This document shows positions 1 to 12,177 of a DNA stretch of 64,000 nucleotides, in pieces. The position numbers and the translations under genes are program-made. This DNA comes from Ramazzottius varieornatus. Lineage: Eukaryota > Animalia > Tardigrada. The stretch is taken from contig BDGG01000013.1 of the NCBI GenBank assembly GCA_001949185.1, positions 941,226 through 1,005,225 of the forward strand, given 5' to 3'. The stretch's first letter is position 1. Each line of letters starts with the position of its first letter. Below the pieces are notes generated by a model. That model was not told the DNA's origin. It saw nothing but the letters and a program-made list of their open reading frames with translations, and ran no database searches.

Positions 1-436
1 GTCCAATAAATTTCGCTTATCAATTCCCATCCATACCGCTGCCAGCCGGTCCCCTTATTGGACCCAGATGGATCAGCGCTTGGGCCAAACTTCTGCTTCA
101 GCTCGACCAGCAGGACCCTTGAAACGAAGAAGGCTTCCTTTGGGCAGATCCGTTCCATATCTCGATCCGACACAGTGGACCAGCATGCAAATGCTGAAGT
201 GATACCACAGTTGACCTCCATCATATCCGAGGAATAAGACAACTCCCAAGACACCTGAAGCAAAATTCGCTGATTAATCGATCGGATTAGAGTAATTTCG
301 CTTGTTGAATGTGCGAGTTCTAACATCCGGGAACGGGTTATTTCGGAACGGCTTATATAGTTCGAGCAGGATATTAAGATAGGGCGAGATCTGTACAGAC
401 ATAACGGCACGGGTAATCTGACATTTTGAGTTTTAG

Positions 437-739
437 GTATCGGATTACGGAGGGAACAAGACGGACTTTGCGGCGTTTTTCATCAAGAAAGGCCTGGCTG
501 CAGTAGAGGCCATCCTGAGAGAAACCAGCGGCACATATAGCGTCGGCGATGACGTCACGATGGCCGATGCCTGTCTGGTCCCACAAGTGGCTTCCGCGGA
601 GCGCTTCAACGTCGACCTCGAACCTTACCCCAACATTCGACGGATCTGCGCGGCTTTGTCGGAGCTGGAACCTTTCAAGAAGGCTCACGCTTTTGCTCAA
701 GATGACTGTCCAGACGAACTTCGCTGGTCAAAACTTTAA
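437..739 (+). CDS. GSTZ1: Glutathione S-transferase zeta (maleylacetoacetate isomerase) copy 1, last exon only; 5' exon lies upstream of the window
   Basis: Acceptor TTTTAG|437. Reads VSDYGGNKTDFAAFFIKKGLAAVEAILRETSGTYSVGDDVTMADACLVPQVASAERFNVDLEPYPNIRRI...FKKAHAFAQDDCPDELRWSKL*, with the GSTZ C-terminal motifs GDxVTMADxCLxPQ and AHxxxQxDxP. Confidence 0.85.
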   Translation, partial: VSDYGGNKTDFAAFFIKKGLAAVEAILRETSGTYSVGDDVTMADACLVPQVASAERFNVDLEPYPNIRRICAALSELEPFKKAHAFAQDDCPDELRWSKL

Positions 740-1180
740 AGATTGTGTCTGGAACAGTATCATACTCCATTAAGCATAGACCAATTACCAGCTTTGTCAT
801 TTTCTTTCGTGTGGAATATTGCTCGAACACACGGAGAAGGTGCGGTAACAGAATGACAAGAAACTTTTTGGGGTCCATACACATAAGACCATCGATCCAA
901 GGGCGAACAACGCCATGTACTCTATCCTTTCTCGAAGATATTGTGTCATTATTAGAGACAAGCATCTTTTTCTGATCGCGATATGCCGAAGTAAGAATCA
1001 GATGTTGCTTCGCGGCTTTCCTGACTTGGTCTAGTCTTCCGGAACTCCTCCGTCTATCAGCTCGGTCGAAGTTCAGAACTTCTCAAATCGATTTACAGCT
1101 TTGGTCAAAAAAGTTTTCTCTTTATTGAGGTGACCCGGAGTCTTATTGCTGCAGTACCAGATCTAGACCGGCAGAACCGG

Positions 1181-2221
1181 ATGGCCTCCATCGACTCCTC
1201 GAACGGACCGACCAAGCTCTACACCTACTTCCGCAGCTCATGCTCCTGCTGCGTCCGAATCGCTCTTGAATGAAAGAAAATTAAATATGAGTCCATCTAC
1301 ATCGATCTGTACAAGGGTGACCACAACTAGAAAGAGTTTGAGAGGCTCAACCCCATGCAGCAGGTTCCGGCTCAACTCATCAACAAGCAGTGCTTAACAC
1401 AGTCCTTGGCCATCATCGAATATCTCGACGAAGTCTTCCCAGAACGACCATTGCTGCCCAAAGACCCTCTGCAACGCTTCATTGTCCGACAGATCTCGGA
1501 GACCTTCGCTTCGGGAATTCAGCCCTTGCAAAATCTCGGCTGTTTACTGAAAGTACGTAGTGGCAACTCACGTTACAACTGGAATGTTGGCAAACGAGAC
1601 GTACAAAATCGTTCCAGCAAGTGGCGCACGATCTCAGTGTATTCGGCTGAGCGCGTGCGCCACTTGGTGAACTCGACAAGGTGGCTTACCAAGTGGACCT
1701 AGTTTTCAGCCTTATTGGCTGGGAGTGTGCGCCACTCTAGAAAACGGTCTGGTTGGAGCTAGATGCTCACGTTCCCAACGTTATCCGTTCCCTGATTGAC
1801 ACATGATTGATTTTGTGATTTGTAGGTGTCCCATCAAAAGGAAAAGAGGATCGAGTTCGCGGCTTACTTCATCCGAAAAGGCTTTGACGCCCTCGAGAAG
1901 CTGCTGAAGGACACGAGTAGCAAGTACTGTGTGGGCGATTACGTCGCGATGGCCGACTTGTGCCTGATTCCACAAGCTGCCGCGGCTGAACGTTACAACG
2001 TCAGCCTGGACGAGTATCCTACCATCCAACGCATTTTCTTGGCTTTATCGGAACTGCAACCGATGAAGAAGGCTCATGCATTTGGACAAGAAGACTGCCC
2101 AGCGGAATGGAAGTTTGAAGGCGCTTTGAAAAGTCAAATCTCTGGACGAAATCTAAAACATTCACTCAACCACAACCAAACCTATTTTAGCACATTTTAT
2201 TTATATGACATTCAACAGTAA
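1181..2221 (+). pseudogene. GSTZ1: GST-zeta copy 2, pseudogene (exons 1181-1552, 1826-2221)
   Basis: MASIDSSNGPTKLYTYFRSSCSCCVRIALE*KKIKY...DHN*KEFERLNPMQQVP...TQSLAIIEYLDE...ASGIQPLQN. In-frame TGA at 1271-1273 and TAG at 1328-1330; SWRVR is degraded to SCCVR; GT-AG intron at 1553-1825. Confidence 0.85.
1610..1760 (+). repeat. Palindromic CAAGTGGCGCAC...GTGCGCCACTTG repeat element (related copies at about 7140-7205, 10100-10250 inverted, 22485-22595, 25555-25615)
   Basis: Two hairpin units, each CAAGTGG(CGCAC) and its complement separated by about 22-30 nt. The copy in the GSTZ3 intron aligns by eye as the reverse complement (shared core GTGCGCCACTTG-x-AACTCGACAAG). Confidence 0.65.
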
Positions 2222-5200
2222 TATGTCAAAACGTTTTCTTGTGAACCGCGAATCAGCAGAGTGGGTGGAAGTGAGTCCGTGAGGCTGTGGAGAACTGAAA
2301 GGAAGAATGTGGAGCTTTGGCTGGTTTTCGGTAGAGGCATGGTGACCACGTTGAGGCAAGAGTCGGCCTTGGAATGTTCCAGTAACAGCTCACGAAGCCT
2401 GAAGTATCTCTTCGTTAACTTAATGGTGATGCATATTTTTCTAACATGGTTGCTACTTGCTCTTACCGAATTTGTCGCAGTGTTCTGTGTCCGAAGTCGA
2501 ATAAATCTGAATCCTTGATCACCGGCAGACCACTCATCTTCCGTTTAGGCATAGGCTCACGGTCGCGAAGCACCCCAATCATGTCATGGAACCACGTAAC
2601 GCTGTGGAATAAGATTCAAGCCATCTTACGTACTTGACTCAAAGCGGAAGCGACTAAGTTTCAAAGTAAAAACAGGTGATCACCCACGTACCTGAGAGGG
2701 CTTGGCGGAGTGTCCAAATCGATAGGAATGACTTCCTGGACGGTGATGCGGAACTTGGCAAGAAGGGACAACATCTCGTTCTGGGCAGCTACCGGGTCCT
2801 TGCCGGCCAAGCAGTACAATTTGATGGGACAGTGGCTCCAGATGCCTCTTTGTGCCATAAGGTAAGGTATCAGGATTGTCAGACCTAAACACATAACTCG
2901 GCGTTTTTTTCCATCGAATCACGAGACTATGAATGGATGAGAAGTTCGAGGTTTGTGAGCGCTCTCTAATAAGCTGACAAATGCGAACATTTTTCCAAGT
3001 TATGCAGTTACAGCAAACCAGGACTACTGTACCTCCATCGTCATACAGCCACCAGATGCTAATGTGACCAGCCATATGCTTTTTCTTGGCCGGCAAGAAC
3101 CGTTGCGCTGCGGCTATCCGCTCCAGCAGGATCGGATCGGTGATATCGTTGCGTACTTCTAGTGGTGCTGCAGCATGGACAGCCGAGATGTCGACTGGAA
3201 GTACCAAAAATACTTACAATAATTGTTCTGTTCCGAAGATGCGGAGGTGGGATGTTTTATCGAACAATGGCTCATTACCCGTTGATTCCATTGTGCGACT
3301 CTCATCAGCGTTCTCTAAAACTAGCTTTTCAAAATTGATGGCATTTGAAATGTCAAATCCTTCTTTTATACACCTGGGGAAGAAACATCGACACAATCAG
3401 CTTTTGTATATTCATGCACTATCACAGGAGCTTCTGAACAAAGCTGTTCTGACAGAGGCCAAGCTCCGCGGTCTGACCTTCACCCAGATCAATAATGACT
3501 TTGTGCTGCAAGTGATTCATCTGCACTTACAGGATTATGACACCGAGGTTGGCGTCGAAAGCTTCATGGATGGCTCCCACATATTCTTCCACCGTGCTCT
3601 CGTTACAAGTCCGCCACGAGTTTAGGAAGCCCATCATGATGATGTTTGGTCGCATTTTGCCCAAGCCGGAAGTCTGGATTAGCGCGCGGATCCCTTCTGC
3701 CGTGCTCTTCGTCGCCACGAAATCATAAAAGGCACGAATTTTCCGCCGACGAAGCCAACGATATGACTCTTGTGACATAATTCCCCTTTCCTTCACTGAC
3801 TTACCCTGAGGCACAAAACAGTAATTGCTGCAGGAAAATATGCGGGGATAGACAGTTACGTATCACCGAGACATGGCCACAGACAAGTAAGCCAGCTCCT
3901 CGAGTAATGCTGTTTGCGACGTAGACAAGTGCTGGTCGGGTACAAGGAAGTCCCGACAAGAGTAAAATCTGCGGGCGGAAGTTCTTGACATGGTCTTCGA
4001 TCTTGAGGAGATGCAGCATGTCGGTCAGGGCTGACCGGTAAGAGTTGGCTTGGGAGGAAGTCCCCCAGTTCACTTGCGGCTTCCGGTAGTACACGAATAT
4101 CCAGAGGACAACTACAGTCATTTTGGGGTAGAGATGTTGAAGGATCAGCGTCAAGTCACAAGTTTTGAGGAGATCTTACAGGCAAGACCAGAAGTAATCA
4201 CGGCCGACATCCAGTCCAGGAAGAACATGAGGATGAAGCAAGCAAGCGCCGTGAAGAGACTCAGCCATTTATTGTAGTACTTGAAGGTGGGTCTCCAGCC
4301 TGGAATTACGTATTCAAGGTCTGTCAGCCGAATTTAGGAGTATGACAGTATTTTTACCTGGGGACTTTGAGAAGGCGGCATCAAAGGTTGCGTAGTTCAC
4401 CAAGGCGTAAGTTAGGAGGAAACAGTTAGACACGACGTTAGAGATGAAGTTGAGGTCCGCTACGAACGACAGCAGTGTTTCACTGTCTTATATGATGCAG
4501 AACAACAAGGAGATGTCTTACACGGGATGAGAAAGACAACTGCGATAATCATGACAAGACCGTAAGCACGGTAAGGCTCGTCCGTCTTGCCATACCCTTT
4601 ACCGAAAATATGGATGAAGGGGAAAATATTATCGCGGCATAACGCCTAGGAAAAGAAATGGTATTCTCAACTACTGTACCATAGGGCGCGCAGCCGACGA
4701 CACTATTACCTGAAAAATTTTGGGGGCGAAGTTAATGCAGCCAAGAGCAGTGCTTAGGGTGGATGAGAAGATACCGGCGAGGATCAGCGGCCGGAAGTGG
4801 CCGACGACCTCGACAATCTACGTAGAATACCAGTTGAAGTTTGCATGATCTTTGTAATGTAGCGTGCTGTGACTGCAGTCGTTCGAGTACCCACTTCCAT
4901 GTTATTGACAGAGCCTTGTTTGCAAGCCGTGGAAGCATCGTAGACCGATGGGTTTCCCGACTGGCAAGCCGTCAAGTTTCCCATCCACAGATCCTGGACG
5001 TCGCCGCTCGCGTGGCGCAGGGTTACGGCAGCCGAGCACCACCCCACCACAATGTAACTTATCGTTGTGAATAAGATGGCGCATATTGTACCTACGGGCA
5101 AAGTTGACATACTGAATAAACAATCACTCCAGAAGAGGCAGGAAACTTCGCTCCGTCTGAGCAGCTGGTCTAACGTAGGTCGATCAAACCGGAGTTGATA

Positions 5201-7672
5201 TAGTATATGCAGCAGTTAAACGCCATTGATTTGTTGAACGAAAGCTACTGGTCCCATTGCTTAATGCAAGTGAACGGTTCCAGTGTGAATAAATGCTGAA
5301 CATACCTTTAGGAATGGCGCCTGATGGATCACGTAGATCGCCGGTGATGGACGTTCCTGCCAGGATGCCGGTCACCGAGGGAAAGAAGACGCCGAAAACG
5401 CTCATGAAGCTGTTTTCACCGAACTGATCCTTCTGGAATGCCGGGTAGAAGTTCTCGACAAACAACGCGTTCGAGTAACCCACGAAGCCTTTGGCTTGGT
5501 CTGCGACGCTTGGCGGTATGATTGATCCAATAATACTGCGAAGCAATCGTAATAAAACGACATCCATCCGTCGACCGTCAAACCTATCTTGTAATGATTG
5601 TTCTCCTTACATGTTCAAGATGGAAGCCGAGATGATAACGAAGAAAACAATTTGTAGCTGCAAAACCATTCAGTTTTTTGCTTGATAAGTGAGCCCAAGT
5701 TACAGCTCGAAAACGTGCTGACAATATGTAATCAAACCTTTGCTGCAATTTCCATTCCGAAAAAGGTAAAACCCGTCAGGGCGACCAGTGTAATTATGCC
5801 AATGATGCGGATGTCATTTAGCGAGTCCACCATCCGTAAGTTGTGTTCCTGAAATTGAACGAACGACATGAATATGTCAAGTGGAACAACAGAACATACA
5901 GTACTGAAGTTATTTTCATGCAGATACTAGGAAATTACCGCAAGAAGTCCCCTGATGACGTCAGCAAACCCCTGGATATTCAGTGCTACGCTGATTGCGT
6001 TGGCCAAGGAGAATATCACGCCTGAACCGAAACAAAGGACTTTTATGTCGTATGGCAGCAGCGAATGAAAGTCCCCTGCCGTCCAAGTAAGACTTACCGA
6101 TGGCCGCTCCAAACTGGGGACCCAGACTACGCGAAATCATGTAGTAAGTTCCACCCACTGCAAAGATAAACATAAAGCATTACCGCGCGAGCTTACTTAA
6201 AGGTCCATGTATCAAGGATCCTGTCGCGATAGGAAGTTTTTTCAGTAACCCAGTAAGGGCAGTGAACTTCCGGCGGACAGACTTGTTGACAAGTTTTTAC
6301 GGCTGCTTCTGGCGCGGTTCGTGCTCTCTTTATTCGCATCACCAGTACCGCCACACATCAAACGAACCTCCAACTTCGCCGTTGGTACTGATGGCCGATG
6401 TCGACAGAGACGTCAGCAGTGCAATCACGGTCCCCAGAAGCACGATTAGGAGGAACAATCCCATCCCGGCTTGCGCGTTCATCCACGACATCCGCAGAAA
6501 CAACATCACACCCCACAAGTTCAAAATGGACCACAGCTATAAGATGTCAACGGTCATTGCGAATACGGATATGAAGCAATCCGGAGTTGTCTATAGTACC
6601 TACCACGACACCGCGAATCCATCCTAAATTTCCCCTTTTTAGCTTGCTCTCATTCCCCGTATTGCGCACAACATTATCCTCCGTCGGTTGTTTCTCCACT
6701 CGTAAGTCTTCCAGCGTGGGACGGACATGGTGATCGTCCGCATGGGCTTCGTAGTTGAGCTTGGAAGGAACGACCTCCGTTGGGTCGTATCCCACACTAA
6801 TCTTCCGGGAACCCTTGACCGCGCTAATCTTTCGCGGAGACAGCAGTAAAGTCGGTAGATCCGGCACATTGTCGTCGTCGTCACGGTCACTTTCCTACTC
6901 ATAAATAGTCAGCGGTTACGGAGGAGGCGCTGCACCAACTCGTACATAGTGTATACCAAATGATTTTATGGCGGTTGGAAAGATATGTTGACTTTCGACT
7001 CACCTTGTCATAAGTCTGCAAACAGAACAAAGAACGGAAACTTCAACAAACAGTATATGACTCAGTCCCAAAATAACCACTTGACGTCCGCCAATATATT
7101 TTGGAAAGCTGATTTTAAAGCTGGGCATAGAGACCGGAAATGATCGTTCATCTAAGTGGCGCACACGTTCAGACAATAATACTGAAAGCCTGCGCCAGTT
7201 GGGAAGACAATCTCGCAGAGTTTGTTAGCCTAACTCCCATTGAAGGTCAAAAAAACAAAACGTAATGAGCAGAATTTTAAATCCAGGAGAGCATTGAATG
7301 TGTTTTGCATTTAAGACTATTGGTGTTGAATCGTACCTCATCATCGTTGAAAGCTTCGTTGTCTCGACCTTCCTGCTGCAGGACACTGGCTCGCCGCGTA
7401 ATTTCTGCTGGCGAATCCATCACAACCGTCGATCTTCTCCGGGTGCCGGAGACCATTCTTGAAGGCTGCGGTAGCGGGCCGACGAAGGCATTATTGATGG
7501 TCAGGACTGCCGCTCTCTGCTTGGGATCCTCGGGTCTGAATTCTCCATTCAAGTTCACATTCCCATCTTCGACCAAGGCCAAGGAATGGCGTTTCGCGCC
7601 ATACGTCTCCATATCAAAGATCTCTCTCCCAGTTCTTCGTTTCGTGACCGGATAACGCCGTATTGATGGCAT
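2212..7672 (-). CDS. SLC12-family cation-chloride cotransporter (NKCC/NCC-like), multi-exon
   Basis: Exon peptides: [79 protein letters not shown]...[66 protein letters not shown], and C-terminus [19 protein letters not shown] (TGA 2212-2214). Start inferred at ATG 7672 (MPSIRRYPV). Confidence 0.93.
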
Positions 7673-9607
7673 GGTGTCGGCATGAAATCGTAGGGAGGAA
7701 TATGGAATAGCTTTAGGAAAGTAGAACAACCTTGTCACAACATATCAGTCAAGGTGCGAACATTTGCCGTTTTCGTACGTTTTGTACTCGTACTGCGATA
7801 CTCAGAAAAAGGGGACAAAATAAAGAGTAGTGTGGTCACAAGCTGCTCTTCGGCGAGTCTTCGCCAACGTCGTCAAGTGCTGGTTTTTGCGGATTTTTCA
7901 TGGTTTTATGGTACATGTTAGTAAAGCATCACACAGTGTTACACTAGGGCTATCGAACGGCGCACAGCAAATTATACAGTACAATAATTTGCGATTGCAG
8001 CGATTCTCTCGACACTCCGAAAATCATTTTTTGCCAAGAATCGTTCTGACTAGATATGGAATCCAGAAGTCCTTAGAAAGAATCCGGCTTGGAAAGATGG
8101 ATGGAAAAGATCAGCATGACGGGGACTTCGAGCAGTACCGGCAACATTTGGCGGAAGTTGGATGGAATCCTCTATGGAGAAGACGGCTAGAAGGCATCAT
8201 GATAAACGCGTTCAAGATCTGGAGTGGTGTATTTGCAGGAGGATGCTTTACCACGAAGAAAAAAATGCCAGCAAGAAGTATGAGAGGCCAGGCGAAAGAA
8301 GTCCTACTCGCACCTGTAAGCCAAGCTCCCCGGTCATGCAAAATGCTCGAACTTACAGCTTCCTCCTTTGCCTATATTGCAGCTATCATACTGGAAAACC
8401 CTTTGCTCAATCCAAGTCCACGAGATCTGCTGACTCTAGCTGCTTTTAAATTGTGTTAGTCGCGCTTAAAATTCTCCGAATTCAAATGGTGCAAAGAAAA
8501 TATCGATGCGTTCTTGATTGTCTAAACTGAAATTTAGAAATAAATTATTTTGTTGCCTGTACCTTCTGTCTCTTTCGGCGACTCTTGCCAATCTTTGCAG
8601 GTTTTTCATATCACGAAAAGCCTGGTTTCTCAATCGACAAATAAAGGATATAATTATATGTTTTGCACACAAAGTGAAATCATGTCAAGAATCAAGAGGG
8701 TTCTTCTCATCCATCATGCGCACAAGTGGTCTAAAAATCTGGGCTTGGTGTCACGAACCTGACATGATGTACCGGAAATCAGGGAATGGGTATGTGAGAA
8801 GATGATATATTTGCGTACCTGTCTTCTTATCTCCTTCCATAGTGCTGGGTAGTGCGATATCTCGAAAAGAGGCACAACATGTGTCCCATAGCGCACACGT
8901 CGTCCCTGATCTATCGAACAAGACAAGAATTTCGAGGGATGCAAAACCCCATCGGGAGGTTCTGAAAACCCAAAATGTATCAGTAGCGAGAAGTGAAAAG
9001 TACTACCAACAGACGTTACATTTACGTTCTTCTGTTAGAGGAAATGATCACCGTCGTGTATACCTCGATCGCAGAGGAGCTGAAGAGCAACTTCGGGACG
9101 ATGTTGCGGTGTGTCAGTGACCAGTGGCCTTCTCAGTATCACCGTACTGCGGCGGTTCTGCGCTACGAGGCAGCTGCTTGCCGTAACGGCATCGACATGA
9201 CTCATCCACATACCGCTATACCGCACTAGTCCTAAACGTCATTGCCCTGGTTTCAATCCAACACGCCGATACTTGTCGGGTTTCGCAAACGACAAGCACC
9301 ACCATTCCGAGTGGAGAACGTCTTTGTGACGCATTTCCGTCATCGATCAGCTGCTCTTGTTGTGGTTTATTCCCACTCTGCAGCTTGCAAAGATGATTCC
9401 GAAGGTTTATCGAATAAGTTGTAGGTAACTCCAAGCCTGTTCTTCAGTACGCCCAAGGCAGCTTTGGATATTCTGACGACGTCTTTGCGTCTTCGCCAGT
9501 GCGGTCGAACGTCTTAGAAAGCTTCTTGGCGCTGCTACGGTAAGGCTAATACTATGATAAGGTACAGCAGCCGAATGTTGCATGTTGTAGTGCTTGCCTT
9601 TTCGTAG

Positions 9608-10606
9608 ATGCGCATCTCCTTATGTCGACTTGCTAAGCTTGCCCAGAAAGCATCGAGGATGAATGTGAAGGAATCTGTCTCTACGAAAACCAAGCCAGTT
9701 CTATACGGATATGCCAAAAGCTCGTGCTCGTGGCGCGTGCGCGCAGCGTTATTCCACAAGAATATCGACTATGATCTACAACCATACGATCCATGGAGTC
9801 CTCAAGCCGACAAAGAGGCATATATGAAGATGAACGGTCTTGGACAAGTGCCTACTTTGATTATCGACGGACATCTCCTGACGCAGTCCATCGCTATATT
9901 AGAATATTTGGAAGAGAAACACAGGGAGAATCCGCTACTACCGAAGGACTCGATGCAACGAGCGAGGGTGAGGCAAATCGTCGAGCTGATAAATTCTGGG
10001 ATTCAACCTTTGCAGAACCCGACTGTAGCCAAACGGGTATCGGAAGATCCAGAGAAACAGAAAGAGTGGCAGGTTAGTAAATCAATGTATACGTGGAAGC
10101 TCGGTCGGGTCGTTTTTCAAGTGGCGCACGTTTTCGGTAAATTTGGCTGGTGGGTGGCGCCACTTGGAATGAGTTATCTTGTCGAGTTGTCAAGTGGCGC
10201 ACGCTTTTAGCTAGTACCAATGAAACCTCGCGCCGCTTGGATAAACGATCTGATCGAATTTGTTTGCTGAGCTCATATATTACCGTGTTGGAAGACGTTT
10301 ATGTGTAGGTTTGCTGTATTGTTTTGTACTGTGCAGGTGTATTTTATCGAGAAAGGGTTGAAAGTTTTGGAGACGATGGTCGGAAAGGACAACGACAAAT
10401 TCTGTGTCGGAAGTGAGCTGACGTTCGCTGATTTGTGTTTTGTGCCGCAAATGTTTGCATCGAGACGCTTTGGTGGGAATCTGGCGAAGTTTCCGAAATG
10501 TAACAGACTGTTCGAAGAGCTGTTGAAACTGGAGGTTTTTCGACATACGCATCCCAATAACCAACCAGATACCCCGGACGAACTGCGAGGAGTCGGACCC
10601 ATGTGA
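9608..10606 (+). CDS. GSTZ1: GST-zeta copy 3, intact (exons 9608-10072, 10337-10606; 244 aa)
   Basis: LYGYAKSSCSWRVRAAL (SSC active-site motif), GQVPTL, TQSIAILEYLEE, SGIQPLQN, LTFADLCFVPQ, HPNNQPDTP; phase-0 GT-AG intron. Confidence 0.93.
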
Positions 10607-11274
10607 AACGTATTTCGTACAGAAAAACCCATTCTAAATCGCTTGTTCGTGCTCAAATTCAATCATCGTGATTGAATCTGTTATCTCATACCTTTCCCAG
10701 CGCGTTTTTCTACAGGATTGTAACGTTCTTCCGTCTATGCAATTATGCATTGCGATCTTTTGCGAGAGCTCCGCCCAAAAGGCTAGCCTTCCAGCGGAGC
10801 TTCAGAATGAATCATAGACCACTTGAGTCATTGTAGAAGGTGTTCAGGCATTCTAAAGCCCTTAAATTGGGGCAAACTATGGCAAGCCTGAGATTATAGC
10901 GGAAGATCAAAGAAAAATTTCTTGGTACCGAAAGTGGTCTCTACCATTAGTCATCTGTTGTACGTACAGGGATAGTACATTATTATACACTGCTGATCGT
11001 GCGGTGCCGTCAAGTGGTACTATCGTCAGGGTTATCAATTCCGCATTAATCAATACGCCAACATCTTCGGATGATTAGTACAGAATTGATTGATTACATC
11101 CGAAATCACGACTAATGACTCATCAAAAACTTGCAAAAATTCGTCAAAAAAATCAGAAAAAATTGGGGAATCATCAGGAGTAAAGGATCGTGCTGTTCGG
11201 AGCTCGAGCTTCCTCTGATGAGTTCGCGATTTAGAGTCCCTTGGGTATGTTATCAAATCTCTCGCACTTAATAC

Positions 11275-11615
11275 TACGAGGTACAGGAAATAATTCGGGC
11301 ATAGCGTTTTTCGCACCATAATTCGGGCAATGCTACAATTTTGAGCTCTACCATCGACGCTTGATTGATTTCTCATCGTACACTTGATACAGCTTTAGGC
11401 TTTTTTACATTGGGCAGACCCGTCTTTCCCTCACGACAGATGCTTCTAGTCTGCAACACTTCATCGCTCCCAAACCTGTTTGGACTTTGAGGAGACAGAT
11501 TGACGTACCTCTGGAAACAACAAGCACTTGATCACATGCAGGAGGAGCTCAGAAAAATAAGGTCTGAATTATGGTGCGATAATCGCTATGCCGGAATTAT
11601 GTTCTCTACCTCGTA
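11275..11615. mobile_element. Tc1/mariner/pogo-type MITE, copy 1
   Basis: TA-CGAGGTA...TACCTCG-TA termini, subterminal ATAATTCGGGCA motifs, full-length similarity to 26796-27111. Confidence 0.8.
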
Positions 11616-11644
11616 TATGTACTTGTTCTCTTTTCGGCTGTGTC

Positions 11645-12162
11645 TAGGGTTGTTAAAAGCCAATCCACCAACGGATGGATCCGGATCCATCCGGATAGAA
11701 CGGATTGGATGGGCTTCCCAACCATCCAGCCGCCAACCGGATAGGCATACCAACCACCCGTTTCGGATCCGGATAGGAGGTCCATCCAGCCAATCTTCTA
11801 TCCGGTTAGAAACCGAGCTGGATCACTTCAACCACTCAAAATAGAACAGTCAGTGCAACCGTGTAGCCTTCAGTCTGATGCGGATTTCGATTAATTTGCC
11901 GGCTCCTTCTGTGGAACAGAGGCTGCACTTAATTATGCACAACTTGAGACGCGAACTTGGGTTGGAGTCGACCCGTTCCGGACTGCAGATTCACGTTTTC
12001 GAAGTGTGAAACCGTTATCCGGTTGCAATCCGGATGATCCGATTGAGAAACCCAATCATCCAGCTTCTATCCGGACAGAGGCCCCAACCAACCAGCCGTA
12101 ATCCGGATAGAAGCCCCGTGCATCCATCCATTTAACCATCTAACCATCCATTAACAACCCTA
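11645..12162. mobile_element. hAT-type MITE
   Basis: TIR TAGGGTTGTTAA/TTAACAACCCTA; perfect 8-bp TSD GCTGTGTC (11637-11644, 12163-12170); many internal ATCCGGAT motifs. Confidence 0.9.
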
Positions 12163-12177
12163 GCTGTGTCTTCTGCC

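Noticed and set aside
1-256. Open minus-strand frame after a TTCAG acceptor at the window start
   Set aside because: Truncated by the window edge, no recognisable motif; cannot be supported.
1271-1330. In-frame TGA in GSTZ copy 2 as selenocysteine or recoding
   Set aside because: The TGA is not at the catalytic Ser/Cys, a TAG follows 19 codons later, and the SWRVR motif is also damaged; ordinary pseudogenisation fits better.
3086-6627. Plus-strand ORFs (e.g. 3086-3625, 6262-6627) as separate genes
   Set aside because: They are antisense shadows of SLC12 exons.
7830-8459. 209-aa ORF as a real gene
   Set aside because: Non-ATG start, overlaps the SLC12 upstream region, no recognisable domain.
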